A stretch of DNA of 64,000 bases, from positions 1,798,001 to 1,862,000 of the forward strand of contig AP026125.1 of NCBI GenBank assembly GCA_030295235.1. The letters are read 5' to 3'. The translations under genes were made by a program, and so were the position numbers. Shown here piece by piece: positions 49,521 to 61,870 of the stretch. The notes beneath the pieces were generated by a model. The model was given only the letters and a program-made list of their open reading frames with translations. It searched no databases and had not been told where the DNA came from. Source of the stretch: Fistulifera solaris (Eukaryota). The first letter of the stretch is position 1; every line of letters starts with the position of its first letter.

Positions 49521-51871
49521 TCACTTGCGAGCAAACATCGCAGTTCGAAAAGGTAGAACCTGTTGCCCCTTTGCTTCGATGAGACTCGCCCATGGTGGTT
49601 CGTCGAAGCTTACGTCGTTCAGCTTTGCTAATGCTTGAGGCTTGATGGGTAGAGCAACGTACTGCAAATAGTCATCGCCTAGAGCATCAGCGTTGGTAGC
49701 AGGGGCCATGCGATGAGTTTCGCTCAAATAGTCAAGATTTTCTAGTAATATTTTGACTTGCTTCGCGTTCTGCTTCTTCACAAAGACGACATGCACTTCG
49801 GCGTTTGTCACGGCAACTTTTGGTATTGCTTGTAGCGACTTTTCGCTGATTCTCTTACTCGTATTGTCATTCTTCTTCATTTCGGTTGGTTCCAGGATCT
49901 TATCGACAGTCATGTTGGCAATCATTTCCAAGCAAAAGGACGTCACGAAGCAGGGACGAAATGAAAACCCGGCTGTACCTCCACCCACAGAGGCTAGTCG
50001 GATCGTGCCGCGGTCCGAAAACGCTCCCTGTGACAGTAAAGCTAACGAATGCGCAACCAAGGGACCCGTTGAAGCATTCTCCGGAAGCTGCAAATTCCTT
50101 CTGTTGCAAACCGTCCATGTACCCTTTTCGTTACTAAGCTCCATGACATAAATGGGCTGTCGACTAACGTCTTCGTCATTAGTGGGCTTTATTCCGCCAC
50201 TAAGGAGAACTTGGACCTGGTAGGAAGCGTGGAGACGCTTTTGTAGAATGCACGCATCAAGACCGAATCCGCATGAATAATTGTCGCGAAAGTCCACTTT
50301 AAGTGTTGAGGTGTCCTGCAGTCCCGAAATAACACATATGTCAGAATTCGTCGCATCATTTGAAAACGGAGCTAGAGGATCCGATGTTTCTTTTAACCCG
50401 CCAAAAACCATAAACAAGTCTGATGTTGCACACGAGGCATGATCAAATCTGCAAAATGTGTCACCGAATCTGTCGAGCTTCTCCCATTGCAGAAATAGGA
50501 CTGAGGAACCATCTTTTGAATGCTAAGAATGTAGAAAGAGTCCTCTACAACTGAATCACAGTTTCTACCTCCAACGAGAAATGCACGATCTCCTGAAATG
50601 CTCGTCAATGTATGACCCCAGCGAGCACTCGGAGGAGTACCCGCGATTCCTTTTAGCTGGTAAAATGATGAGCATCCATCGGGCGTATATTCAAATAGAA
50701 TTAGATCAGACAGTGGAGTGCCTGGGCTCTTTCTTCCTCCGAAAAGGAAAATGAGATCAGTGGTCGTTTCGTTGTGAGTTGTTTGTTGCAATATGCACGA
50801 TGCGGATCGCTCCCGTGCGCTCCAATCGATGGGTTCTGCTAGCAAACCGCGAACTCTGCCATTTTTCGTATCTCCTCGCATCAAGGGGGGCCTCCGTCCA
50901 TGACTGATCCCATACACCGTCTGCAGATTGTCTGAGTCTATACACTCGGCTTGATCTTGCAGCCCCAGGAAGTGCATTCCCTAATAATGGCGTAGACGGT
51001 CCTGTTCCATAGCCCCCAAAAGCTATTATGTCCGTAGTTATTCCGCTGTCATTTGAGGACGTTGCCGTCACACAAGTGTGTCCCCAAAGGTTCAAATTCG
51101 GCAATTCGTGAAAGTTGGTGATCGACATGTTGGGGAGGCGCTCTAATGTGAATAAAGTTTTGCGAATCAATTCAGCAAGATCATCAAGACGTTTCCAGTT
51201 TTCCTCCAACCTATCGTTGCATTCATACACCAGCTTGGAGAGGTATTCCGTCGACAGCTGCCACGGACCCGATCGCATGAGAGGGATTACCAAAGCCAAA
51301 CTGTAACTTCGAATAGCCACGGTAACCCGAGAAGCAGTAACAACAAGTCCAGATTCTCGAAAACCTCGCTGTAAAGCAATCTGCAATAATTGCTTCCCTC
51401 GATCCAAATTTCCAGCCGCTACGTGCAAAAGCATCGGTTCAAACCGGAAACTCATCATCGAATGCTGTGATGTTGTGTTCGAGTTTTTGTCCTCGTTGAC
51501 TTCCAACAGTGTCAGAACTTCTTCCAAGGATACTTTATCGTGTGCGGCGAGTAACCATTTTCCTTTCCCCTTGCCGCTGGCCTCGCCGGTGCTGCAGCGA
51601 CCTCCGCCTCCACATTGGTCTCGTCGATCGCGGAAAGATCAGTTCCTGTCGGATCGAATAGTGCTATGCGTCCCGAACAGGAAGATAAAGTAGCAAAAGA
51701 AGAATGTGAATTGATGAGATCGACCAGATCTTGAATAGGAGCGTCAACCGAACCCTTGGGAGATTTATCGCGTTGATTGCCTTCATACAACGTCGAAAGC
51801 GTCTTCTGTCGTAGTGCGTTAAAGCTGGGAAGAAGCTCATTCGGTTGATCTTCATAGTCTGGTCTCAACAT
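49521..51871 (-). CDS. TYW3: tRNA wybutosine-synthesising protein: TYW3 domain plus Kelch repeats (frameshifted)
   Basis: DKSPKGSVDAPI, TLSSCSGRI, FRFEPMLLHV, GFRESG, VAIRS; Kelch LFGGR..ARWGHT..VGGR; at least three frame breaks. Confidence 0.85.
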
Positions 51872-52340
51872 TCTGTCATGATGCTCTTGTATAAGAGTTC
51901 GTAATGTGATCGCACGATGATAACTTAAGATCAGTTTGTAATGGTTAATAACATTCCATCATCGTTGCAAAACCGCGTGCAAAATTTTTTTGTTGTTTTC
52001 CCTCCAATATTCACTGTCTGTTAAAGTGTAGACGCAGTTTTCTGTGACTGAACTCGAGAGCAGTCCCGGAAGCTGCCGGCCACAATTGAATAGCTTTTGA
52101 TCAGCGGTTCGAAACAGGGAAACATAGAAGGAGTAAAATCGATGCTAACAGTGATCTAGCTAGGACGTTGTTGAAATGTTCAAATATCAATGCGAGACAA
52201 AGAAAATGAATTACAAAAAATGACACATTGACGCATTTGCATCACTTGGAATTCAAGGGTCGTTGGTATTGACGTTGTCGATTCGTTGATGTTTGCGCTG
52301 TGATTCTTGTTTATCGGCACCCGGCAAACATGCCTAGCAG

Positions 52341-53295
52341 CTAATAGAGCCGTACAATGCTCTTCACAGGTGTCCCATCGGACCATTCTCCCATGTCGAA
52401 CACAAGTTCCGTGACACTTGTTCCATTCATGACTTGGTCCAGAGCCCGACCATGTAAATCTCCAATCCAAACTGTCCTGCTGACATTCTCTCCTACGAGC
52501 TGCCGCCTGCAAATGATTTGCCTTTAGCGGGGGCTTACCGTGCTTGTCGGTCTTGGCTTGATACCATGATTTAGATGTGCTACCGAGAAGCTCGTAAGAG
52601 GGTAAAACATTCCCGACGGACACGACATCATCTTTATCTCCGTGCAACACCACGACTGGAAAAGTGGTATTCGGCGCTGCTTCGGGTACGTTGACGTCTT
52701 CACCGAGTCGCAGGAAAACGAATTTTGGTAGTATTCCAGGAATAGCATGGAGACCGGCTGGCTGCGGACTGACCACCACGGCAGCCTCCACGGGGTGAAC
52801 AGTATCTAGGGAGCCCCACATCATGGCAAACGCACCTCCCATTGAATTTCCGTAAAGAAATACCTTTCCGAACGGTGGTAGTTCGTTGAGTACGTCTGTC
52901 ACCACCTGGGCCGTCACTTTCACCCATTTTGCGGAGAGGGTCTCCGCGTGAGCTGCAGTATCCACCGACTGGCGTTCCCAGAAATCGCTTCGCACGATCT
53001 GTCTTGCATTTGGCGGATAGACCACGTAGTTTCCCTGCTTCACCAGATGCTCAATATGTCCTTCGTACGTTGCAGGATTGGTAGCTCCGTGGCCGTGCAG
53101 ATACACAATCACATCCGGTGTGTCGGATTTAGTTACCTCGGGCGTGTAAATCCAGACTCGTGTGCCATCCATACAGCTTCCTTGTCGCTTGACCGAGAAA
53201 ATCGGTGAAATGTAATCAAAGTTCGGCTTGGTGGGTGGAGAAGTGGCAGCTCTCAATCTTGCTGCCACACGTTGCATCGCAACAAGGAATGACAT
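52341..53295 (-). CDS. Alpha/beta hydrolase
   Basis: VYLHGHG, GNSMGG nucleophile elbow, LHGDKDDVV, ANH; after a frameshift at ~52445 it ends DMGEWSDGTPVKSIVRLY*; no intron seen. Confidence 0.8.
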
Positions 53296-53814
53296 CGTAT
53301 AAAACTTCCATAACATTGCTAGAATCGCGCTCTCAATAGGAATCAAAGGATCAAACAGTTGCTTGATAGATCGTTGTTGATTTGTTTTTGTTTGAATGAT
53401 ACTGTATATGCTTTATGATTTATGATACCGTGATGTGTGATGTGCACAGATGATGTGATTTTCCCGTTGTCAGAGAGAAATATTGCCAAAGTGGCAATAG
53501 TATTTCTGTATTTCTCATCGAAACAAGTTCGGTTCGCATTGTCGTTTGTCATTTTAGGTACATTTTGTATCAATTCAGTGTTCCAATGAAATGAGAATAG
53601 GCCTTTCGCATTCAACAGAGGCGATTCTCAGACAACGAGAATGTTGCCGGAAAAAAAGGTCGCCAAAAGCTGACCACTTCACACTTGCTTCACACTTCAC
53701 CCACATGAGTAAATATGTCACCCAGGAAAAATTGAAAGGTATGGCGAAAAGTGGCCAATCGCGAGCGAGCCATCCTGCTGATCGTGTTTGATATCTAAAT
53801 AATCCTTTAGTTCA

Positions 53815-54200
53815 ATACCGGACAGAAGGCGAAAGATCGGCGAAGTCGGAACGTTCGAAGGCGAGCTCGCTGCGGCTAAAAGAGCCGAACAATTGAACGA
53901 TCTCGTTCAACTCACAAGACTTTTTCCGATCGATCGACATCGATCCCTTCTATCCTAAATAATTTATTTGGCCACCCCACCCACCCTTGAAGGAAGGTCC
54001 CGCAGCGCAATAACTCGATAAGAGAGGAACCACGCTGGGTTCTACGGATTCGCTTAAGCGAACCCCAACTCAAATCAAGTTATCTGTCGCTCGGGACTCT
54101 TTTATTCACAGAGTCTCTGTTGGGGTGGTCTTCGTTTACTCTAGAGACCACCATTTGTTTACACTTTTGCCTGAGTTCTAACCGAAGTGCACCACTTCTC
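53815..54200 (-). ncRNA. Candidate structured RNA of unknown family
   Basis: Nested long-range stems and many hairpins; several stem irregularities are G-U pairs only on the minus strand; no ORF of 60 aa or more. Confidence 0.35.
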
Positions 54201-54608
54201 GTACAAATAATATTGCTTCCCTGTCTTGGGTCTACTGTACTGGGAATCTAGTTTTTTTTGTATTGTGTAGACTCTTTGTCTGTATTATGTCTTACCAGGA
54301 ACCAAATTCTTCCATAAACTGACACTTGACCTGATAGTCATCCGTACGTCAACTGGTATTGTTGCGCCCGCAGCCGAGCATCGAACGGTGCGAGACGCGA
54401 GCGAGACGACGCAAGACGAAAGACCATGGGCGAAAAAGGAATAATTATCGGTTGAGCGCAAAGAACTTGGTTCATTAGCTTATTGCCTTTTCAAGCCTAG
54501 ACGAACGAAAACTCGGAGAGGAAGAGTGCAGCCAAGAGGCTCAGACGAGGTGGTAGGGAAAGTCTTTTCTTGAACGGGCAAAAGTTTGCTTCGCAGTGTC
54601 GCTTCGTC

Positions 54609-55383
54609 ATGATGTCCTTTTCTTCAAGTCGGCTGCCTTTTCTTTTATGTCGTGCTCTTGCTATATACTCGAAACGTTCTTGCATTCTCAGTAGCGTCAA
54701 ACCGTCTTTACACTGATAGCCAAATATCGTGTTATATCAAATCTTCAAATACGATATTGCATGCACATGAAGAGCTAGACGCCGAGCCGCTCAACTATCG
54801 AATAAGAGACTGCACCTACGGCGAGCTGAACCAGGTCGCCGATGTCATTATTGCTGCTTTTTATTCAAATTCAACAAACCCTTGGAGACAACTGTACAGA
54901 ATGGGCGAACTCAATCGCGTCCAGCAGGCTTATCCGTACAAAAAATCGGATCATCGAATGTTTGTGGCGCTCGTACAAACAGAGAATGCACTCCGCGACG
55001 AGAAGATCGTCGCGTTTGTTGATGTGGATGACCGACCCGTTCCACCCCGATTCCCATCCCCGTACAAACACAATCCCCGTCCTTATTTGTCCGATTTGTG
55101 TGTCCATCCCGATTTTCACAGAAAGGGAATAGCGCGCTCCATGGTGGAGCAGTGCGAGAAGTTTTGTCGCGAGGATCTACAAAAGAATGAACTCTTTATT
55201 CGTGTCGAGCAAAGCAATCAACCAGCTTTACTCATGTATCAAAGTATGGGGTATACGACAATGGATGATCCCGACAATGGACCCATTATATTGCTTCGAA
55301 AGTCGTTGATGGAGAACGTCAGTGAAATGAGCCATCAAAAGGAGGATCGTCTGGTGGAGCAACAAGCGGAGATGCACACCTAG
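54609..55383 (+). CDS. GNAT acetyltransferase, probably plastid-targeted
   Basis: PYLSDLCVHPDFHRKGIA, NQPALLMYQSMGY; N-terminal signal ending VLA-F needs one indel near 54650. Confidence 0.8.
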
Positions 55384-55433
55384 CCCAAAAATCATGTTAA
55401 TAGTTTTGTTTGTAATTAGCGAGTACTCAAACT

Positions 55434-58016
55434 TTACTTAAAGTCTCCGTCGAAACCAGTGAAACCGGTAAGCTTGAAAATAGGATAAAACGGCTTTTCC
55501 TGAAGCTGTGAACACCAATTCCAGGCGCTTGTCAATCTTCCATCGACGCAGCTACCGGCATCGTACCATAGATCCGAACCACTTCCGTCGAATGCAGAGC
55601 GGAAGAAATCATATAAGATATCTTTTCGCAACTTTTCGACGCCGCCAAAGCCAGTGTTGATCATGGACAGAATGCCTTCGTCGTCTTTACAAATCCGTTC
55701 CAAGTTTTCGAGACAGCTTATGATAGGGCCTAGGATGCGAGGGACTGTCATTTATAAATGGGTTAGAGACCAACAAATCTTTTGTATCGCAAAACTATTC
55801 AATGAAAGTCACTTCATACCTTGTGTATATTTGTCGATGAAGCTGAGTGCATTTGGAACATTGTGATCACCCATGTGAACTACGCTGGAGCCCACCCAGT
55901 GACCCACATTGTTCCTTACTCGATTCAAAACTTCCTGCATCGCCTTGTAGGCACGAGGAGATTGTTGCACACGCTGCATACCCTGTCCCGTATCCTGCAA
56001 TGAATAGGTCACAGACTCGCTCAAAAGATCCTCTTCCGCCATGGCCCAAAGGCGGAACATATCATCGATGATGTCACGCCATAGTGTGAGACTTTGTAAC
56101 GCGTAGTAAAACTGTCGTTCGTGACTGTGAGAAAGGCGTGAACCCGCTTCACCACTAACGATGCTGAGCGAGTAACCCTCTTCGATCTTATTAGGTGAAA
56201 AATTCGACTTCAAAAAATCAATAATTTTGTCGATAGGCACTCTGTTGCTGTTGAGAAACGAGTTGTTATCGCATATCGAATAAAGACAAAGATGAATATC
56301 GTCTTGACTCAGTCGAGACGTCTGATACTTTCGCTTCAGAAGGTTTACGGCTCGTTCTTTTTTACGAATCTCCGTGTCGATGACCGACCGCGGTCGACCA
56401 AGAGCCAAAATTTCAATTGTTGCCGTTTCAATGAGCTCATCGGACAACAAGCCTAGACCGCCTCTTTCCTCCAAAAACTTGTAGACTGACTCAATCGGAC
56501 CTTTGACCGAAAAGCCTAAATGAGGCATAACAGTCGGCGAAACTGCATCTTGCAGCAGGTAAATAAGCTTTCCATACTCTGTCCTCATCTTCTCTGGATT
56601 CATTATTTTGTGTCGCCGCGCAATCTCAAACATTTGACGGAAGAATGGCTCGTAATCACTGTAATTTTCGGCTTCAATAAGCTTTTGTCCTGCTGTGTAA
56701 TCGCAAGCCGTCACCAGTCCACGTAATACGGAGGTAACGCCCTTCAGTTGCGCATGTGTGCGTCGCGCTCCACTGGAAAAGGAACGATCGACTTCGGATG
56801 TGTAATCACAGCAATTCATGGCCGCTTCTACAAGTCGTAGCATCTTACGTTCTCCGAGACTCAGGCGCAGTGGAATATACTTGGAGCGTTCCTTGACAGA
56901 AGAATGTGATCCCGACGAAAATCGGTCGTTGGTGGATCTGATTTCGAGTTGTTCCGCACCAGCTTCCAAGGATGTGAGCTCGGTATCTTCTTGATCGTGG
57001 AGAGTCGCTATAGCTTCGACTTCTTTTGCCGACGCATCAATGATCTCTTGCGCGTTTTCATCCGAAGAAAAGGCAACCGTGTATTGTGTGGTTTCAACAA
57101 TTTTCAGTAAGACTGGCTTTAATTTTTCCTCGTCCAAATAACCACTATCTAGGGCATTTTTATTCAAACGGATTGTGACGCAAGTTCCCGACTCTCCACG
57201 CACGTGCTGAAACTGATTGAATCCGTTCTCGGCAGTCGGTGAGGTTCCTTCTTCAAATGGTCGAATCAGATTAAATTTCTTCAGAGAGTCCCAATATCCT
57301 TCTTGCTCGGGTGCGCGGTCCATTCCGACTTCAAATACATAGTAATCATCAAATTTGGCTTTGGTACAAACTCGCACTCCGGTTCCGAGGGAACAGAAAG
57401 CGGCATAAAAACCACCAAGACATTTACTGCGACAGTCGAGTGCGGTAGCGGCTTCGGCGGGTTCTTCTTCCATCGGACTCGAGACATCGGAATCAGATTT
57501 TGTCTCCTCTTTATCATTCTGATCATTTTCTTCTCCGTTGGTAGCGACCGATGATTCATCTGACGGGTCCTCATCGTCGTCAGCGGATGTGGAGGAATCA
57601 TCCTCCAACGCGGCAGATTTTATGTTTTTCGCTGTACTGCTAATCAATCCTGCCCTCCCGATACCCAGAGAATTAATCAAATCTGTTCGAGTCATACCTG
57701 CTCCCATATCTGTGACGGACAAGGTTTGCTCGGTAGGATTGGCAGTGATACGCAAACAAAGCCGATGTTGAAACGCCGGATGTTTTCGAATATTCGCCGG
57801 CGTGGCGAAGTACATGGCATCCATGGCTTCCACAGCATTGCCTATTAAATGACTCAATGCATCGGAGAGCGAATCGATGAGAGTCGTTTCCGAGCGCATC
57901 GCCACTTCCAGGCGCTCGACGAGAGGTTGCGGGAGTGGGTAGGTCGCGTGTGATACATTCGTCGTCGACTGGGTCGGATGTTCCTCCGTATCTGTTTTGT
58001 TTTGCGGAGAAGTCAT
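55434..58016 (-). CDS. UPF0652/DUF2009-family protein with N-terminal HSP90-ATPase-like domain
   Basis: IPLRLS..ERK, FEIARRHKIMNPEKMRTEYGKLIYLLQD, RLSHSHERQF, WVGSSVVHMGDHNVPNAL, AGSCVDGRLTSAWNWC; intron 55745-55819. Confidence 0.85.
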
Positions 58017-58686
58017 TGCGGATTGCCGTTGTGCATGTATTCTTCGATTGGGGCGATCACTAAGTAATTATTTGATAGATGTATGTTTAATCTTCGCTCC
58101 ACTGAATGCCCTTTGAATAGTCTAGAGTCTAATGGAAAAATATTTATTTTTCGTCTCGCTTTCCTCCCGACCGCTCGTTAATGAAAACAAGCTCTTCTAC
58201 CCTACTAGCTATAGTAACTCGACCTACCGGTACTGGTAAAATAAAATTGAGAGTTTAGCGTGCTTATTTCCTATCCCTATGACAGAACCGAAACACAATC
58301 CGTCCCTCTAGACTATGTCTAGAATACGGGTTGCCAAGACATCGCCGAGGCAATGAGCAGGGGGGCTGCCATCTGATTCAGAATAAATATTGTGGCCAGG
58401 TCCGTCGGCCGGTACCGGTACTGGTACATCGTTTGGCTTTTCGATAATCCTCGTGCCTTTCACTTGAAAGACTCTTCCGGTAGAGCGCTACCAGTATGCT
58501 CTCTAGCGTCGTAGGCTTCCAATCTTTCATCACAATCCATTCACCTAAAATGCGCAAGTTGCAATGCACAATCCGATGTCAAAATTCAGCGCTGTTCACT
58601 ATAAGCTTAGAGTGTGACCTGAAATTTGCCAAGACTGCATTTCAGTTATGAATTTTTTCACTATCAAAGTGGATTGTAGAGTAGTC

Positions 58687-59435
58687 AACCGAACAACAAA
58701 GGGTTCCGTTTGGCGTCTCTCGCATCCGTCCATTGCCATTCAACTGCGAATATGATTATAAATACGGGAACAGAAAGTCGCAACAATGATGATTACGAAC
58801 TACTTGTTGAAAGTTTCCTTTATTTTCACGTCAAAGATCCGAGGATCGACACCTTGAATTTTTACTATCCGACGGAGTGTCGGTTTACGCCAGCCAAGAC
58901 TGGATTGTACAGTAGTCATGAATCATCATCATGAACCGAACAACAAAAGGGTTCCGTTTTGCGTCTCTCGCATCCGTCCATTGTCATTCAACTGCGAATA
59001 TGATTATAAATACGGGAACATAAAGTCGCAACAATGATGATTATGAACTACTTGTTGAAAGTTTCCTTTATTTTCACGTCAAAGATCCGAGGATCGACAC
59101 CTTGAATTTTTACTATCCGACGGAGTGTTGGTTTACGCCAGCCAAGACTGGATTGTACAGTAGTCATGAATCATCATCATGAACCGAACAACAAAGGGTT
59201 CCGTTTGGCGTCTCTCGCGTCCGTCCATTGCCATTCAACTGCGAATATGATTATAAATACGGGAACATAAAGTCGCATCAATGATGATTACGAACTACTT
59301 CTTGAAAGTTTCCTTTATTTTCACGTCAAAGATCCGAGGATCGACATCTTGAATTTTTACTATCCGACGGAGTGTTGGTTTACCAGCCAAGACTGGATTG
59401 TATTGTAGTCATGAATCATGAACCGAACAACAAAC
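58687..59435. repeat. Three tandem copies of a ~247-bp unit
   Basis: aaccgaacaacaaa recurs at 58687, 58934, 59182 and 59421, with near-identical sequence in between. Confidence 0.95.
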
Positions 59436-60565
59436 AGGGTGTGAAAGCGCGATGACAATTCACCGACAAAAATCAAGGTTACTCCTCTGGTGGAGATTTG
59501 AAACGGTTCAATGTCGTCAAAGCCATCCCTTTTGAAAACTTTGTACTCGATATGTCGCGCAGAGAAAGAGAGGGACAAAAGACAACGCGGCTTAAAATTC
59601 CAGCTGTTCGTTTCCAACGAGATATAAGCCATGGCATTCTTTAGTTCGGAAAGGTGTTTAAGATCCAAGGTGGAATACGCTGAGCCAGCGTTGCCGTACG
59701 TGTTTTTTTGCAAGAGAGTGTTCCAAACTCGCTTGTTCGTTTGGAGAGCGCCTTAGTAAAAGCTAGTCCTCCGTCTTGAAACATGCATTCAAGATCGACC
59801 TGCAAAGGATCCGGATGCGATGCCAATGCGATCGATTCTTCTGTGCAAAGTAAGCACCTTCGGTCCAGACGAAGAAGTCTTCGTGGATTTGTTTGAGTGA
59901 ATTTGTGGAGAAACTCAGACCTTATAAAAGCGGGATACGCCATGTGATCATCTAACGTACTGTATTCGCTCCAGATTCGTACTGTTTTCCCTTGTTCGTC
60001 CTTCAGGCAGAGAAGTTGTCCCGCGGTGCGTGATACGGCGTCTTTGGATACCCCATATACATGTACCCTCTTTTGCTCGAAATCGATGCTCATGTTGGCT
60101 GCTCGAAACTTTGATGGGTAACGAGGAACTGTCTTTGGCATCTTCTTCGTCACAATGAAGCTTTCTCCGTCCATCCACACCAGATGATTTCGATTCATTC
60201 TTTTACAAGTTCCTGGACGCTGAGAGGATCACGAACGTGTCGGTAAAAGTGTATCTTTGAACTATATTTGGTCGCGCGGAACTGGTTGATGAGGGTCGTC
60301 ATGTCTTCGTCAAACGCCTCGTGCGGAACCATTTCAAACCAGCATGAATTCATTTTTACTTGATGCACTCGTTACTGTCTTTCTTTTCACTCGCAATAAA
60401 CACACTCGCGTCAAATATATCAGCAATGCTGTGTCCGTGGAGTTGCGATGAGGAGTGTTCATCATCTGCTTGCCAAAGTTCCTTCTGGGCCTTTTTCAGT
60501 TCTTCGAATGATGCACTGCGCGCGCCATTGCGATTGATGTTTCGGGAATAAGGCAACCGTGTCAC
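59290..60565 (-). pseudogene. Fragmented hypothetical gene, lineage-specific family
   Basis: Chain of minus-strand ORFs 60356-60565, 59641-60198 and 59360-59713 running into the repeat array; no catalytic motif recognised. Confidence 0.45.
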
Positions 60566-60806
60566 ATAAAAATAGATAGGCTAAACATGAAACGACGATA
60601 CTACATGATACTGGTATAGTAGTAAGTCTTAGTGTGACCTTTCATTGTGACTTGTGACGTCACGCTGAAAATAGGTTTTGCGGCGCACTTTTTGCGAGCG
60701 CAGCAGTTCGCAACGAAATTCGACAAAGCTTTTCATTTTTGACTTGCTTTGTTTTCTTTTGACTCATTGTTAGTGCACACTCTTCTGGAGCTGTTGAGAA
60801 AAGACC

Positions 60807-61574
60807 ATGCGCATTAACGTCTTTCTCCTCCTTGCATCACAGCTTGCAAAGTTGGCTGTGTCGTCGCCATTGGAAAACGACGACAACATTCTCCTAGAAG
60901 ATTTTGAGAACCCCCGTCGTCACTGGGAAGAAATGAACGATCCTGTTATGGGAGGAAAATCAAAGGGAACTTTTACGATAGAATACAATGTCGGTGTTTT
61001 TGAGGGAAATGTCGTGAACGTTCCTTTCCTACACGTCCTGGGCTTTATTCATGTGCGTACTATCGATTCACAGCCGTTCCCCGATATCTCGCACTGCGGC
61101 GCGTTTCGTATCAAACTTCAATCTCTGACTGATTACGAAGGTCTGAGATTTAGTTTTGGCGATGCGCATGCTCCTCACGGAAAGCGCTTTGCTTTTGGCT
61201 ACAAAACAAATTTGTCCGTACCGACGAATGAGTGGACAGAAGTGGTGATCCCCATGTCCGACTTTACCGATTACTGGGACGATGCGACCGGTGATGCTAT
61301 TGTTACATGTCAGGAAGACTCAAAATATTGTCCGACAGAAGAAGCATTGCGAAATTTGAAGAAAATGGCCATCTGGGGAGAAGGAGTCGCTGGGCAAGTC
61401 CATGTCGAAATTCAGTCGATTTATGCTACACAATGTGCTTCCGAAAACAACAGATACGTGGAGCAAGAAGACGGCTCTAGCCTAGCGCAAATGTGGATAT
61501 TGTCAGTTTTTCGAGGGTGGACGAATCAGGTTTCGCTGCCAGCGCATCTTTTGGATTACTTCTTTCGAAACTAG
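60807..61574 (+). CDS. CIA30-family protein with signal peptide
   Basis: WEEMNDPVMGGKSKG, FEG..GF, WTEVVIPMSDF; hydrophobic N-terminus. Confidence 0.8.
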   Translation: MRINVFLLLASQLAKLAVSSPLENDDNILLEDFENPRRHWEEMNDPVMGGKSKGTFTIEYNVGVFEGNVVNVPFLHVLGFIHVRTIDSQPFPDISHCGAFRIKLQSLTDYEGLRFSFGDAHAPHGKRFAFGYKTNLSVPTNEWTEVVIPMSDFTDYWDDATGDAIVTCQEDSKYCPTEEALRNLKKMAIWGEGVAGQVHVEIQSIYATQCASENNRYVEQEDGSSLAQMWILSVFRGWTNQVSLPAHLLDYFFRN

Positions 61575-61870
61575 AGACAGCGATGGGTGGGTTTATTATT
61601 TGCCTATAACTTTCTTCGAGGCTTTAAAAGACTTGTATGGTGGGAAGCCCTATACCTGCTCACGTGATTAAACTCAATTGTACATCAATCGCGACTATAA
61701 ACGAGACGTTAAGCTCAAAGTTTATCCTTACAACTAGCTGCAAGATTTTATAGGAACTGCATTACTTTCTAAAAACTGCACTGTACAGAGATGAATGTTG
61801 TGTTGGTGGATAGTCTCTAGTTCTAAATCGGATACGCAACGAAAATTAGAGTGTGAGAACAATACGACTC

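Noticed and set aside
2552..51871. TRM7 and TYW3 as a tRNA-Phe modification cluster
   Set aside because: About 46 kb apart with many unrelated genes between them
53820..53845. U5 snRNA on the minus strand (gatctttcgcctt)
   Set aside because: The invariant loop GCCUUUUAC is absent; the sequence continues ctgtcc
53985..54100. Firm RNase P/MRP call from ggaaggtcccg and cgggact
   Set aside because: Too little room for P2/P3, other conserved regions not found, and the pairing is explained by a simple stem; left only as a possibility
53815..54200. Telomerase RNA or SRP RNA identity for the structured region
   Set aside because: No CCCTAA-type template on either strand and no SRP helix-8 motif
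58611..60640. 10-bp direct repeat agtgtgacct as the TSD of a ~2-kb element
   Set aside because: No terminal inverted repeats or transposase; could be chance
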